DNA of 18,988 nucleotides from an uncultured bacterium (GTDB lineage Bacteria; T1Sed10-126): NCBI GenBank assembly GCA_964566495.1, contig CAZMIT010000025.1, positions 1 to 18,988 on the forward strand, written 5' to 3'. Positions 7,721 through 15,684 of the stretch are shown one piece after another. Both the position numbers and the translations under genes were made by a program. The notes under the pieces are model-generated. The model saw nothing but the letters and a program-made list of their open reading frames with translations, ran no database searches and was not told the DNA's origin. Numbering within the stretch: position 1 is the stretch's first letter; each line of letters starts with the position of its first letter.

Positions 7721-7897
7721 TTTTCTCCCCCATGAGGGGGAGAAAATACAAAAGAGGGGGTGGTCAAACATTTTCCCCCTCACCCTAACCCGGCCTATGC
7801 ATGAACCCTATGCATAGACCGTCCAAAGGGCCGCCCATTCGTCGTAATGAGCGGGGTTAACCTTCGGACTTCGGCTTCCCCGCGTCAAGGGGAGGGA
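7721..7897. repeat. REP-like palindromic doublet (CCCCTCACCCTAACCCTxxCCC...GGGGAG type) with an 84-bp structured insert
   Basis: Perfect 11-bp hairpin TTTTCTCCCCC-ATGA-GGGGGAGAAAA (7721-7746) followed by GAGGGGG. The second unit CCCCCTCACCCTAACC (7775-7790)...CTTCCCC-GCGTCAA-GGGGAGGG (7875-7896) is interrupted by 7791-7874. Confidence 0.65.
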
Positions 7898-7964
7898 TGA
7901 TCTTGGGGGCGGCGGTCTCTGCGTTCACGCGACTGGAATGACGTTGGAAGGCTGGGAAGATTCC

Positions 7965-9821
7965 TTACGAAATCTCCGGCGGGGAGATTTCACGAAAACT
8001 ATGAATCTCGACCCGACCGTCGCGAAGCCGAAAAGTGCAGTGCTGAACGCCCCCGGTCCGAATAAGCCGATAATCACTACCAATTCCAATTCTTGTCCCG
8101 GAATGAACAGCATTTTCAACTGAAATAAGAGCATCTTCCCGCAAGGTGGCCTGTTTAAAGAGAGAATCCTTCTCTTCTTCAAAGTTTTCTATATTCCGGC
8201 GAAGACGTTCCCGATTGGAGAGTAACTTCTCCAATTTTTTCTTTTCTTTATCAGCCAGCTGACCGCGACCTTCCAATGTATTTACCGCCCGCTCAATTTT
8301 ATCCAGTTTTTCTCGCTGATCGACAAGCTTGCCCTCTATCCGGGCGGCACGTCTAAAATAACCGGGGTCGATGCCAACTTCCATACGAGTTTCAGTTGTT
8401 CCAATAGACCCGACCTCACAGGCGTAAATAAAAAGTCCAGACCGGACCTCCCCGCCTGTAATAAGTCCTCGTCCCCCGGCGACATAAATACCTTTGCCCG
8501 CGTCCACACGGCTGTGAAGGATCATTTCCCCGCCAATCACAAATCCCTGGGCGATGATTCCGGCCTGTTCAATAAAACTTGATATAACGTTTCCCCGGGC
8601 ATTCACCTGCGCCCCTCCCTTGCCACGAATCCCCTCCTTAACGACAACGTCCTGCTCGGACTGCAAATAGGATTTGCCCACCCCCTGCTCGATTATGATG
8701 TCCCCGCTGGCCTTGATCTTAAAGCGATCGTGTACGTTCCCTTTAACTACAACTGTCCCGTCAAAGTCAATATTCCCCGTGCTGTAATCAACGTCGCCGG
8801 AGACGATGTAGATTTCCTGCACCCGGAGCACGTCTTCATTTATGGTGACATTTCCACTGGCCGTAGCGTAGAACTTGTTGTTCTCGCGCCGAACGTTTTT
8901 TCCGGGTTCAAGCTCCTTTTCATCGCCCGGTTCAGCTTCAATCTTTTTGCCCCGCACAGTAATTCCCGGGCGACCCGGTGTTGCCGGCCTGATTTCAGCG
9001 AGGATCTCACCCTCCTCGACATTATTAATCAAATTTAGTTCTCGAAAGTTAACGCGTCCATCTGACTTCTCCGGTCGCGGTTTCTTATTGGTTTCGAAAT
9101 AAGTAACTATTTCGGCCGGATCGCCCTTCTCCGGCGGCCGCCCGCGGGCCACTTCGACGGGTTCATTATAGTTTTTATTTTCAATCATATTTTCTATCCG
9201 GTCCCACTTTATCCCCTCGGTTATTCGCTCTGATTTTAATTTTCTCCGGGCACCTTTCATCGAAGCCGGCTCTCCCCCTAACCGGGGAGGCAAAATAGTC
9301 ATACGGGCCGACAACCCCTCCTCAAGCACCTGGACCTCGTAACGGGCGTCAAAATCTTCATCAGGCGGAACAACCCCAATTTTAACCGGTTCACCGTCAG
9401 GATTTATGGCAGCTTTTTGAACACCCTCAAAATCACAATATTCAAGACCAATATGCTGCAGATGGTCAATTATTTCTTCAGCTTCCACGGGTTCTCCGGT
9501 GCCGACGGGGGGATGGATAGTAAGTAAAATTTTGCCATCTTTGACTTCAAGGTGGAAAGAACCATCGACGCCTTCGGCCGCTTCCAGAGCCTCTTCGAGA
9601 GTCGCTTCCAGGAGAGAGTCGTCTGCCACCCGGGGACGAATCCGGAGGCGCCAGGGGCGGGCAAAAAAACCGAGTAATCCGGAAGTCCCCACCTGCATAA
9701 CGGTAGCTTCTATTTCGCTAAGGGTAAGACCGAGTTCCTCGGCCCCCTTCTTCATTGCTTCGGGTTTAGTCTCCGCCTCAACTATTATTTCTCGGCGTTC
9801 AGCTTCTTCTTCGCCACTCAT
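7965..9821 (-). CDS. FapA family (DUF342) protein with N-terminal Jag_N-like domain
   Basis: VARGRPPEKGDPA, GRVNFRELNLINNV, PGRPGITVRG, GDVDYSTGNIDFDG.V.V.GNV...F.IKASGDI, GLITGG and a C-terminal coiled coil are typical of DUF342. N-terminal EAETKPEAMKKGAEELGL...GTSGLLGFFARP is Jag_N-like. Confidence 0.9.
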   Translation of the reverse strand: MSGEEEAERREIIVEAETKPEAMKKGAEELGLTLSEIEATVMQVGTSGLLGFFARPWRLRIRPRVADDSLLEATLEEALEAAEGVDGSFHLEVKDGKILLTIHPPVGTGEPVEAEEIIDHLQHIGLEYCDFEGVQKAAINPDGEPVKIGVVPPDEDFDARYEVQVLEEGLSARMTILPPRLGGEPASMKGARRKLKSERITEGIKWDRIENMIENKNYNEPVEVARGRPPEKGDPAEIVTYFETNKKPRPEKSDGRVNFRELNLINNVEEGEILAEIRPATPGRPGITVRGKKIEAEPGDEKELEPGKNVRRENNKFYATASGNVTINEDVLRVQEIYIVSGDVDYSTGNIDFDGTVVVKGNVHDRFKIKASGDIIIEQGVGKSYLQSEQDVVVKEGIRGKGGAQVNARGNVISSFIEQAGIIAQGFVIGGEMILHSRVDAGKGIYVAGGRGLITGGEVRSGLFIYACEVGSIGTTETRMEVGIDPGYFRRAARIEGKLVDQREKLDKIERAVNTLEGRGQLADKEKKKLEKLLSNRERLRRNIENFEEEKDSLFKQATLREDALISVENAVHSGTRIGIGSDYRLIRTGGVQHCTFRLRDGRVEIHSFREISPPEIS

Positions 9822-10507
9822 GGCAGGTGCTGCAGGACCTCAGGCAGCGCCGAGACCGATGGGTAATCCGTTTCGACATCAACCTCATGATAATTCCAGG
9901 GGAAGTCCGACTGGACATGAACGGGACGCAACCCCAACTCAATAGCGGGTTCCACCTCGCCGCGCAGCGAGTCGCCAACCACTGAGACCCGTTCCGGAGG
10001 ATAAGGTGGGACAACACGGGAGAGCGTATCACTATCCTTGTAAGGAAAGATATGAAATTCATCAAACCAACGTTCAAGTTGGTGATATCGTATTTTATTT
10101 GTCTGTATTTCCACATCCCCCATCGTATAAAGCAGCAGATCAAAACGATCGGCCAGCTGGTCCAACACTTGAAAAGCTCCGGGAAGTGGTTCTGGAATTA
10201 CTTCGTAGACAGCCTCGCCAATCCGCCGGCATTTCACTCGTTCCCGCTCCCGTTCGGGCCGCCCAAAGCGGTCACAGTAAAACTGCCAGGTTTTTACCAT
10301 GGAGAGCGGAAAGTGTTCCCGAACCAGTCCTATTTTCTCAATAACCTGCCGGTCAATCAAATTATAACGATCAAGCACCTCTTGCTTAGTATGAAGTTCA
10401 GAAAAATTTTCAAGGACAAAGGAGGCAAACTCGTCCAGCTGCCGGTTATAGTATTTTCCTGACTGAAGAAGCGTATCATCAAGATCAAAAATTATCCGGC
10501 AAACCAT
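9818..10507 (-). CDS. HAD superfamily hydrolase (subfamily IA)
   Basis: Motif I IIFDLDDTL, motif II TMG, motif III K, motif IV VGDSLRGEV. Confidence 0.9.
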   Translation of the reverse strand: MVCRIIFDLDDTLLQSGKYYNRQLDEFASFVLENFSELHTKQEVLDRYNLIDRQVIEKIGLVREHFPLSMVKTWQFYCDRFGRPERERERVKCRRIGEAVYEVIPEPLPGAFQVLDQLADRFDLLLYTMGDVEIQTNKIRYHQLERWFDEFHIFPYKDSDTLSRVVPPYPPERVSVVGDSLRGEVEPAIELGLRPVHVQSDFPWNYHEVDVETDYPSVSALPEVLQHLP

Positions 10508-11358
10508 TTTTTCAACCGCCCAAATATTGAATTAGAGGAACGTTGCCAGCCAATAATCGAAAGATTATGATCTTCCGCGATTTGAAAGCACTTCTCCTGC
10601 TGCAGGAAGAGGGTAACATCAGCTTCCAGAGCCAGCAAGTCGGCATCAGCTTCAGCGAGCAGTTGGATCGTCTCCAGTCCAACCACCGGCACGTCAAAAC
10701 GATAGTCCTGGGAAGAGCGGGCAATCTTGAGTAAAACCAGGCCGGGGCCGGCCAGCTTGGCACTCCGACGAATAAGCTCGGAAGTCCCTTCAACCCCTTC
10801 CACGGCGACCACGGTCTGCTCTTTTCCGGTTACCACCTGGCCAACCTCTTCGTCGACGAGTTTCACGGCCAGCGAGGAGAGCTTGTTTAAAGTGGCGAGA
10901 CAATCCTCAGGCGGCTCAGGACCAGCTATATGACCGGCAGGCGTAAGCCTGTCCGAGAGAATTTCATTGACTCCCAGGACTCGCAAGCCCCGGAACTTGA
11001 GCATGCGAGCAGCGGCCCGAATAATCTCCTTGTCTCCCTTGTCCGAAAGTTCATCGAGCTGTCGCTTAACGGTAGCATCAGCATTTTCGTGAACCTGGCG
11101 ATCAAATATCTTTTTTTTGTCAACGTCGCCAACAAGCAAAACTTCCTTTACCCCATCCTCACTCAACATGCGCGGCACAGCACCAAAACGTTCCGGCTCA
11201 ATCTGGTGAAATTCGTCAGCGACTTCCCTAAGTTCAGGGCGAGGAGAGGCTGTCATACTGTAGAGATTGACGCGCCGATCGCGTTGCTTAAACTTTCTGG
11301 CCGCCAGCAAAGGCAATGATCCCGTCCCCGCAAGTATAGCAACGGGATTTTGACTCAT
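10492..11358 (-). CDS. lpxI: UDP-2,3-diacylglucosamine diphosphatase LpxI
   Basis: AILAGTGSLP, EVGQ, AVEGVEGTSELIRR, QDYRFDVPVVGLETI; directly follows lpxA. Confidence 0.92.
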   Translation of the reverse strand: MSQNPVAILAGTGSLPLLAARKFKQRDRRVNLYSMTASPRPELREVADEFHQIEPERFGAVPRMLSEDGVKEVLLVGDVDKKKIFDRQVHENADATVKRQLDELSDKGDKEIIRAAARMLKFRGLRVLGVNEILSDRLTPAGHIAGPEPPEDCLATLNKLSSLAVKLVDEEVGQVVTGKEQTVVAVEGVEGTSELIRRSAKLAGPGLVLLKIARSSQDYRFDVPVVGLETIQLLAEADADLLALEADVTLFLQQEKCFQIAEDHNLSIIGWQRSSNSIFGRLKKWFAG

Positions 11359-12128
11359 TTATGAATGCCCCGCTCGGAATTGCGAACAAAGTTGATGAGA
11401 TTTTCAAGGTGAGAATTAGATTCCAGTTCAGTTTCTATTTTTTCAATTGCCTGACTGGTATTGAGATCAGAGTGAAAAATAATGCGGACAGCCCGCTTAA
11501 GCAACCGACGGACTGACCCCGAAACCTCGTGCCGACGAAGACCAATACTATTCAAATCATAAACTTGAGCAGGGTTGCCGGAAATGCGTATGTAGGGGGG
11601 GACATCTTTGTTTAAACGGCTCAAGCCGCCGACCATGGCGTAGGAACCAATTTTGACGAACTGATGCACAGGAGTCAGTCCACCCATCATGACATGATCG
11701 TGAACTTTAACGTGACCGGCCAGCGTCACCCCGTTAGCCAGCGCATTGTCGTTGCCCACCGTACAGTCATGGGCTATATGGGAATAGGCCATTATCATGT
11801 TATCGTTGCCGACAGTGGTGTAATTCCCCGACTCAGTGGCCCGGTTAATAGTGATAAATTCCCGTAGAATATTATCATTCCCAATTTTTACCCCCGTATC
11901 GTTACCCTCATAGGACCAATCCTGTGGAGGTGTGCCCAGCACAGCTCCGTTCAGAATTTCATTGTTGTCGCCGATTATAACTTCGCCCTCAATTGTAACG
12001 CGGGCTCCAATTTTAGTTCCAGCACCAATTTTCGCTTCTGAAGAAACGATGGAAAACGGGCCAACTTCAACGTCATCAGCCAACTGTGCTCCATCCTGAA
12101 CAATAGCAGTCTCGTGAACAGCCGTCAT
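11355..12128 (-). CDS. lpxA: Acyl-ACP--UDP-N-acetylglucosamine O-acyltransferase
   Basis: Hexapeptide repeats, PQD, REFITINR, MAYSHIAHDC, VHQF, KDVPPY, LNSIGLRR. AAGGAG RBS upstream. Confidence 0.97.
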   Translation of the reverse strand: MTAVHETAIVQDGAQLADDVEVGPFSIVSSEAKIGAGTKIGARVTIEGEVIIGDNNEILNGAVLGTPPQDWSYEGNDTGVKIGNDNILREFITINRATESGNYTTVGNDNMIMAYSHIAHDCTVGNDNALANGVTLAGHVKVHDHVMMGGLTPVHQFVKIGSYAMVGGLSRLNKDVPPYIRISGNPAQVYDLNSIGLRRHEVSGSVRRLLKRAVRIIFHSDLNTSQAIEKIETELESNSHLENLINFVRNSERGIHK

Positions 12129-12202
12129 AATTAAAACTCCTTATTAATAATTTCAGTATGTAGTATAACTGTTTTATATATTATTTAAGTAAAAAAAGTC
12201 CT

Positions 12203-13525
12203 TCAATCTACAAGAGCAAATTTGAATAATCCCTCAGTAGCCACCTCACCGTCAGTGTAAGCCTTGCCCTCCATCATTCCCGAGCGACTGCGCAGCCGTT
12301 TACCGGTAACTTCAAAAACAAGCTGGTCACCGGGACGCACAGGTTTTCGCCACTTGACATTATCAACCCCCATAAAATATATATTCTTGCCCTCATTACC
12401 GGGACGAGAAAGAATCCAGGCGGCTCCTAATTGAGCAATTGCTTCAATAATTAAGACACCGGGCATGATCGGATCGCCCGGAAAGTGTCCCTGAAAAAAC
12501 TCCTCGTTCATAGTCACGTTCTTAAGTCCGACGGCCTTCTCCTTATCGTGATCCATGGAAAGAATGCGGTCGACCAAAAGCAGAGGGTAGCGGTGAGGTA
12601 GCACGTCGAGAACATCGTCAATATTCATCATTTCGTCGCCACCGCGGCGGGCCTGATTGGAGATCTCGGCCGGAGATTTTTTTATCCGACCGGCCAGTTT
12701 TTCGGCCAGAGCCACGTTGAGGAAATGGCTATTTTTAACGGCCACAACATGACCGACAATAAAGGTGTCAAGCAGCGCCAAATCGCCAATAATATCAAGC
12801 ACTTTGTGACGTACAAACTCATCTGGGAACTGCGGCTCATCTCCCATCAAATTACCGTCTTCATCGAGCACGATAGCGTTATCCAGGCTGCCACCCAGGG
12901 CAAGATTATTTTCAAGCAGGTCCTCTATTTCCTCTTTAAAACCAAAAGTTCGAGCTGGAGCTATTTCCTCTCCAAAACTGTCAGGAGTCAACGAATAAGA
13001 GAGGTATTGATCACCAATATACTCGTTGTCAAAACTGATTGTACAACTGATTTTAAATTCAGTTGCGGGCAAAAGGACAATCGACTGGTCGCCATCTTCA
13101 ACGTAGAGCGGTTTGTTAACCCGATAAATCTCTCGTTTTCCCTGTAACTCTTCCAGGCCGGTCTGCCGAAAAATTTCTATGAACCCTTCAGCGCTACCGT
13201 TCAGGGCGGGAATTTCCGGTGCTTCGACGTAAACGGTGGCGTCGGTAATTCCCAGACCAAAGAAAGCGGCCAGGATATGTTCGACAGTGTAAAGTTCCTC
13301 CCCGGAGCTAGAAAGCACAGTAGCCCGGGGGATATCTTCAATTGCATTAACCGAGGGTCTAAAAACCACATCTTCGTCCAGATCGGTGCGAACAAATTTA
13401 ATTCCCTCGCCCGATTCAGCGGGCTCGACCAGCAACCGTGTTTCACTGTTGGTATGAATGCCAATTCCATCAATTTCTACTTTATCAGCAAGAGTCCGTC
13501 TTTTACGGTAGTAATCAGTGCTCAA
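12203..13525 (-). CDS. lpxC-fabZ: Bifunctional LpxC deacetylase / FabZ 3-hydroxyacyl-ACP dehydratase
   Basis: LpxC motifs GIGIHT, TVEHILAA, EIAPARTFGF, HKVLDIIGDL; FabZ motifs LPHRYPLLLVDR, FFQGHFPGDPIMPGVLIIEA, PVRPGD. One continuous frame, TTG start with GAGGAG RBS. Confidence 0.96.
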   Translation of the reverse strand: MSTDYYRKRRTLADKVEIDGIGIHTNSETRLLVEPAESGEGIKFVRTDLDEDVVFRPSVNAIEDIPRATVLSSSGEELYTVEHILAAFFGLGITDATVYVEAPEIPALNGSAEGFIEIFRQTGLEELQGKREIYRVNKPLYVEDGDQSIVLLPATEFKISCTISFDNEYIGDQYLSYSLTPDSFGEEIAPARTFGFKEEIEDLLENNLALGGSLDNAIVLDEDGNLMGDEPQFPDEFVRHKVLDIIGDLALLDTFIVGHVVAVKNSHFLNVALAEKLAGRIKKSPAEISNQARRGGDEMMNIDDVLDVLPHRYPLLLVDRILSMDHDKEKAVGLKNVTMNEEFFQGHFPGDPIMPGVLIIEAIAQLGAAWILSRPGNEGKNIYFMGVDNVKWRKPVRPGDQLVFEVTGKRLRSRSGMMEGKAYTDGEVATEGLFKFALVD

Positions 13526-13537
13526 GATTCAATCTCC

Positions 13538-14560
13538 TCACTTCTGTTCAAATTTCTTTTCAATTTTTTTGATCCGAGTATAAATATCAGGTAGTTTTTT
13601 GACCAGAGCCTGGGCCCGCAGTTCGCTGCGATGATCGCGGGCGGGAAAACCACTGATAACCTTTCCCTTTTCTTTAACATCTTTAGTCACACCACTGCGA
13701 CCGGCTATTTTAACTTCGTCGGCAATTTCAACGTGATCCTTGATGGAAGTGCTTCCACCGACAATAACAAAATCACCAAGAGTAACGCTTCCAGCCAGAC
13801 CAGACTTACCAATTATAAGACAACCCCGGCCAATTTTGCAATTATGTGCCACATGGACCTGATCGTCTATTTTAGTTCCGGCTCCGATAACCGTTGCCCC
13901 CAGTGTAGCCCGGTCGACAGTAGAATTAGCCCCTATTTCAACATTTTCACCCACTTCAACCCGGCCGATTTGAGGAATTTTTACATGCTCACCGTCACGC
14001 TGCAGATAACCATAGCCGTCGCCACCAATCACAGTATTGGAATGGATAACGACATTATCACCAATTTTAGCGGGAGACTGAATTTTAACCCCCGAAAACA
14101 GGCGGACATTCTGGCCGAGGTGTACGTTCCCCTCGATATATACACCAGATTCAATTATAACGCCGGGCTCCGCGGTGACCCCCGGACCAATATAAGCCCC
14201 CGCTTCAACGTGAACCGGCTCGTCAAATGAAAAGTCCGCAGCTATATGAGCGTCTTCCGATAATCCCCGGTAACTCTGTTCTGGTTCAAAAAGGGCAAGA
14301 AGTTCAGGCAAAAGATCTTCCAGGTCATCAATTAAAACCCGTGGACCGGAGTTTTCAATCTCAAGTCCCGAGTCAACGAACACCGGACTGGACGTCTGCA
14401 CCTCTCCATGCCGCCAGACTTCAGCTATCGTTTCACTGCCTTTGTTCGGGGGGGCTACGCCCTCCACTTTACGGTCCTCTCCGACGAGAGTACTGCCGGG
14501 GATCTCTGAAACAATTTCTGAGAGCTTTCTGACTGGACCGACCGGGGAATGGGGACTCAT
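13538..14560 (-). CDS. lpxD: UDP-3-O-(3-hydroxyacyl)glucosamine N-acyltransferase
   Basis: IGGDGYGY, KIPQIGRV, EIGANSTVDR, GTKIDDQVHVAHN, SGFPAR and C-terminal helix. Confidence 0.96.
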   Translation of the reverse strand: MSPHSPVGPVRKLSEIVSEIPGSTLVGEDRKVEGVAPPNKGSETIAEVWRHGEVQTSSPVFVDSGLEIENSGPRVLIDDLEDLLPELLALFEPEQSYRGLSEDAHIAADFSFDEPVHVEAGAYIGPGVTAEPGVIIESGVYIEGNVHLGQNVRLFSGVKIQSPAKIGDNVVIHSNTVIGGDGYGYLQRDGEHVKIPQIGRVEVGENVEIGANSTVDRATLGATVIGAGTKIDDQVHVAHNCKIGRGCLIIGKSGLAGSVTLGDFVIVGGSTSIKDHVEIADEVKIAGRSGVTKDVKEKGKVISGFPARDHRSELRAQALVKKLPDIYTRIKKIEKKFEQK

Positions 14561-14566
14561 ATTGAT

Positions 14567-15145
14567 TCAGCTATCCTCCAGGACCTGCAACTCATCAATA
14601 AGTTCTTCAGTAAAATCAACCCGTGGAGCAACCCAGAGAACATCAGTCCCAACGCCGTCAAATTGCTTTATAACATCCAGGTCAAAGGCTTCGCCAAGAT
14701 TGCTGACGGCGACCTGGACTTCCTGGTGAACCGGCTCCAGCAGTTCTTCTTCGCGCTGATCAAGACGAGCTTCGCTTTCGTGAATCAACGACTGGTATTC
14801 CTGGAACAGCCGCTGCATCTGCTCCTGTATCTCCCGCTGACCTTCCGGGGAACGAAATTGCAGGCTTTGCTGCAGTTCCTCAAGCTGCTCCTCCATCTCG
14901 TCTATCCGCCCCTGCAGCTCCTGCTGGTATTCACTCAACTGACGCTGTGCCTCCTGGTAGGGGCCAAATTCACCCAGAGCCAGCTCAAGGTCAACGTAGC
15001 CCTCGCGGACTTCACTCACCGGTTCCGGCTGTGGTTCCACGTCTTCCCGTCCATGTAGATCTGCATTGGCAAAGACACCAATCGACAAGATCAAAACCGG
15101 GACCAGAAGCCCAAGCGACAGAAAAAATAATTTCTTTTTTAACAT
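14567..15145 (-). CDS. skp: Skp/OmpH periplasmic chaperone
   Basis: Signal peptide, GYVD strand, long E/Q-rich coiled coil, C-terminal VLWVAPRVDFTEELI; lies between bamA and lpxD. Confidence 0.85.
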   Translation of the reverse strand: MLKKKLFFLSLGLLVPVLILSIGVFANADLHGREDVEPQPEPVSEVREGYVDLELALGEFGPYQEAQRQLSEYQQELQGRIDEMEEQLEELQQSLQFRSPEGQREIQEQMQRLFQEYQSLIHESEARLDQREEELLEPVHQEVQVAVSNLGEAFDLDVIKQFDGVGTDVLWVAPRVDFTEELIDELQVLEDS

Positions 15146-15192
15146 AACTATTCCTCCAATAAATAAGCTTTAAGAAAAGGCGTAAATAGAAG

Positions 15193-15684
15193 CTAACGAT
15201 TTAGCTGTTCAATCACCGAAACTGTAAGATCGGTATAAACCTCTGAGGCGTATAGAACTTCGTTTTCCGATAAAACAAGGCTATAGCCGTTGGTAATTGC
15301 AACGTCTTCAATTACCGAATAAATACGATCGTGTGCCGACCGGATGAGATTTTCGCGGCGGCTATCAATCTGAGCCAGGGCTTCCACATAAACCTGACGA
15401 TCGGCGCCACTAGTTTCGCCGTCAGCAGCCGGCATATCACCCGGATCATCACCGCTCCCCTCTATCATTTCCAGCAATCGTTCACGCTGACTTTCTAACT
15501 CAGATATTTCCTGCTGAAACTGCTCGTAATTGGCGACCACCTGTTCCCAGTTTACTACAGCCACCCGAATCATCTGTGGGGCCCAGCCCGGACTGGAGAG
15601 TAAAGAAACGGCAACAATAATCAAAAGTCCCAGCAATCCACCCGTAACGTAAGGATTTAAATTATCAAATTTCATATTTATCAA
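15193..15684 (-). CDS. skp: Skp/OmpH family protein, second paralog (start may be ATG at 15675)
   Basis: Signal-like N-terminus, RVAVVNWEQV, coiled coil, VA..NGYSLVL...VLYA....DLT..VIEQLN. Confidence 0.85.
   Translation of the reverse strand: MINMKFDNLNPYVTGGLLGLLIIVAVSLLSSPGWAPQMIRVAVVNWEQVVANYEQFQQEISELESQRERLLEMIEGSGDDPGDMPAADGETSGADRQVYVEALAQIDSRRENLIRSAHDRIYSVIEDVAITNGYSLVLSENEVLYASEVYTDLTVSVIEQLNR

Noticed and set aside
7686..7897. CRISPR array or tRNA in the fapA-ctpA intergenic region
   Set aside because: No regularly spaced repeats with unique spacers, and no cloverleaf or T-loop consensus.
12129..12202. Internal promoter in the AT-rich gap before lpxA
   Set aside because: Several TATA-like hexamers, but no properly spaced -35 or extended -10; cannot be supported.
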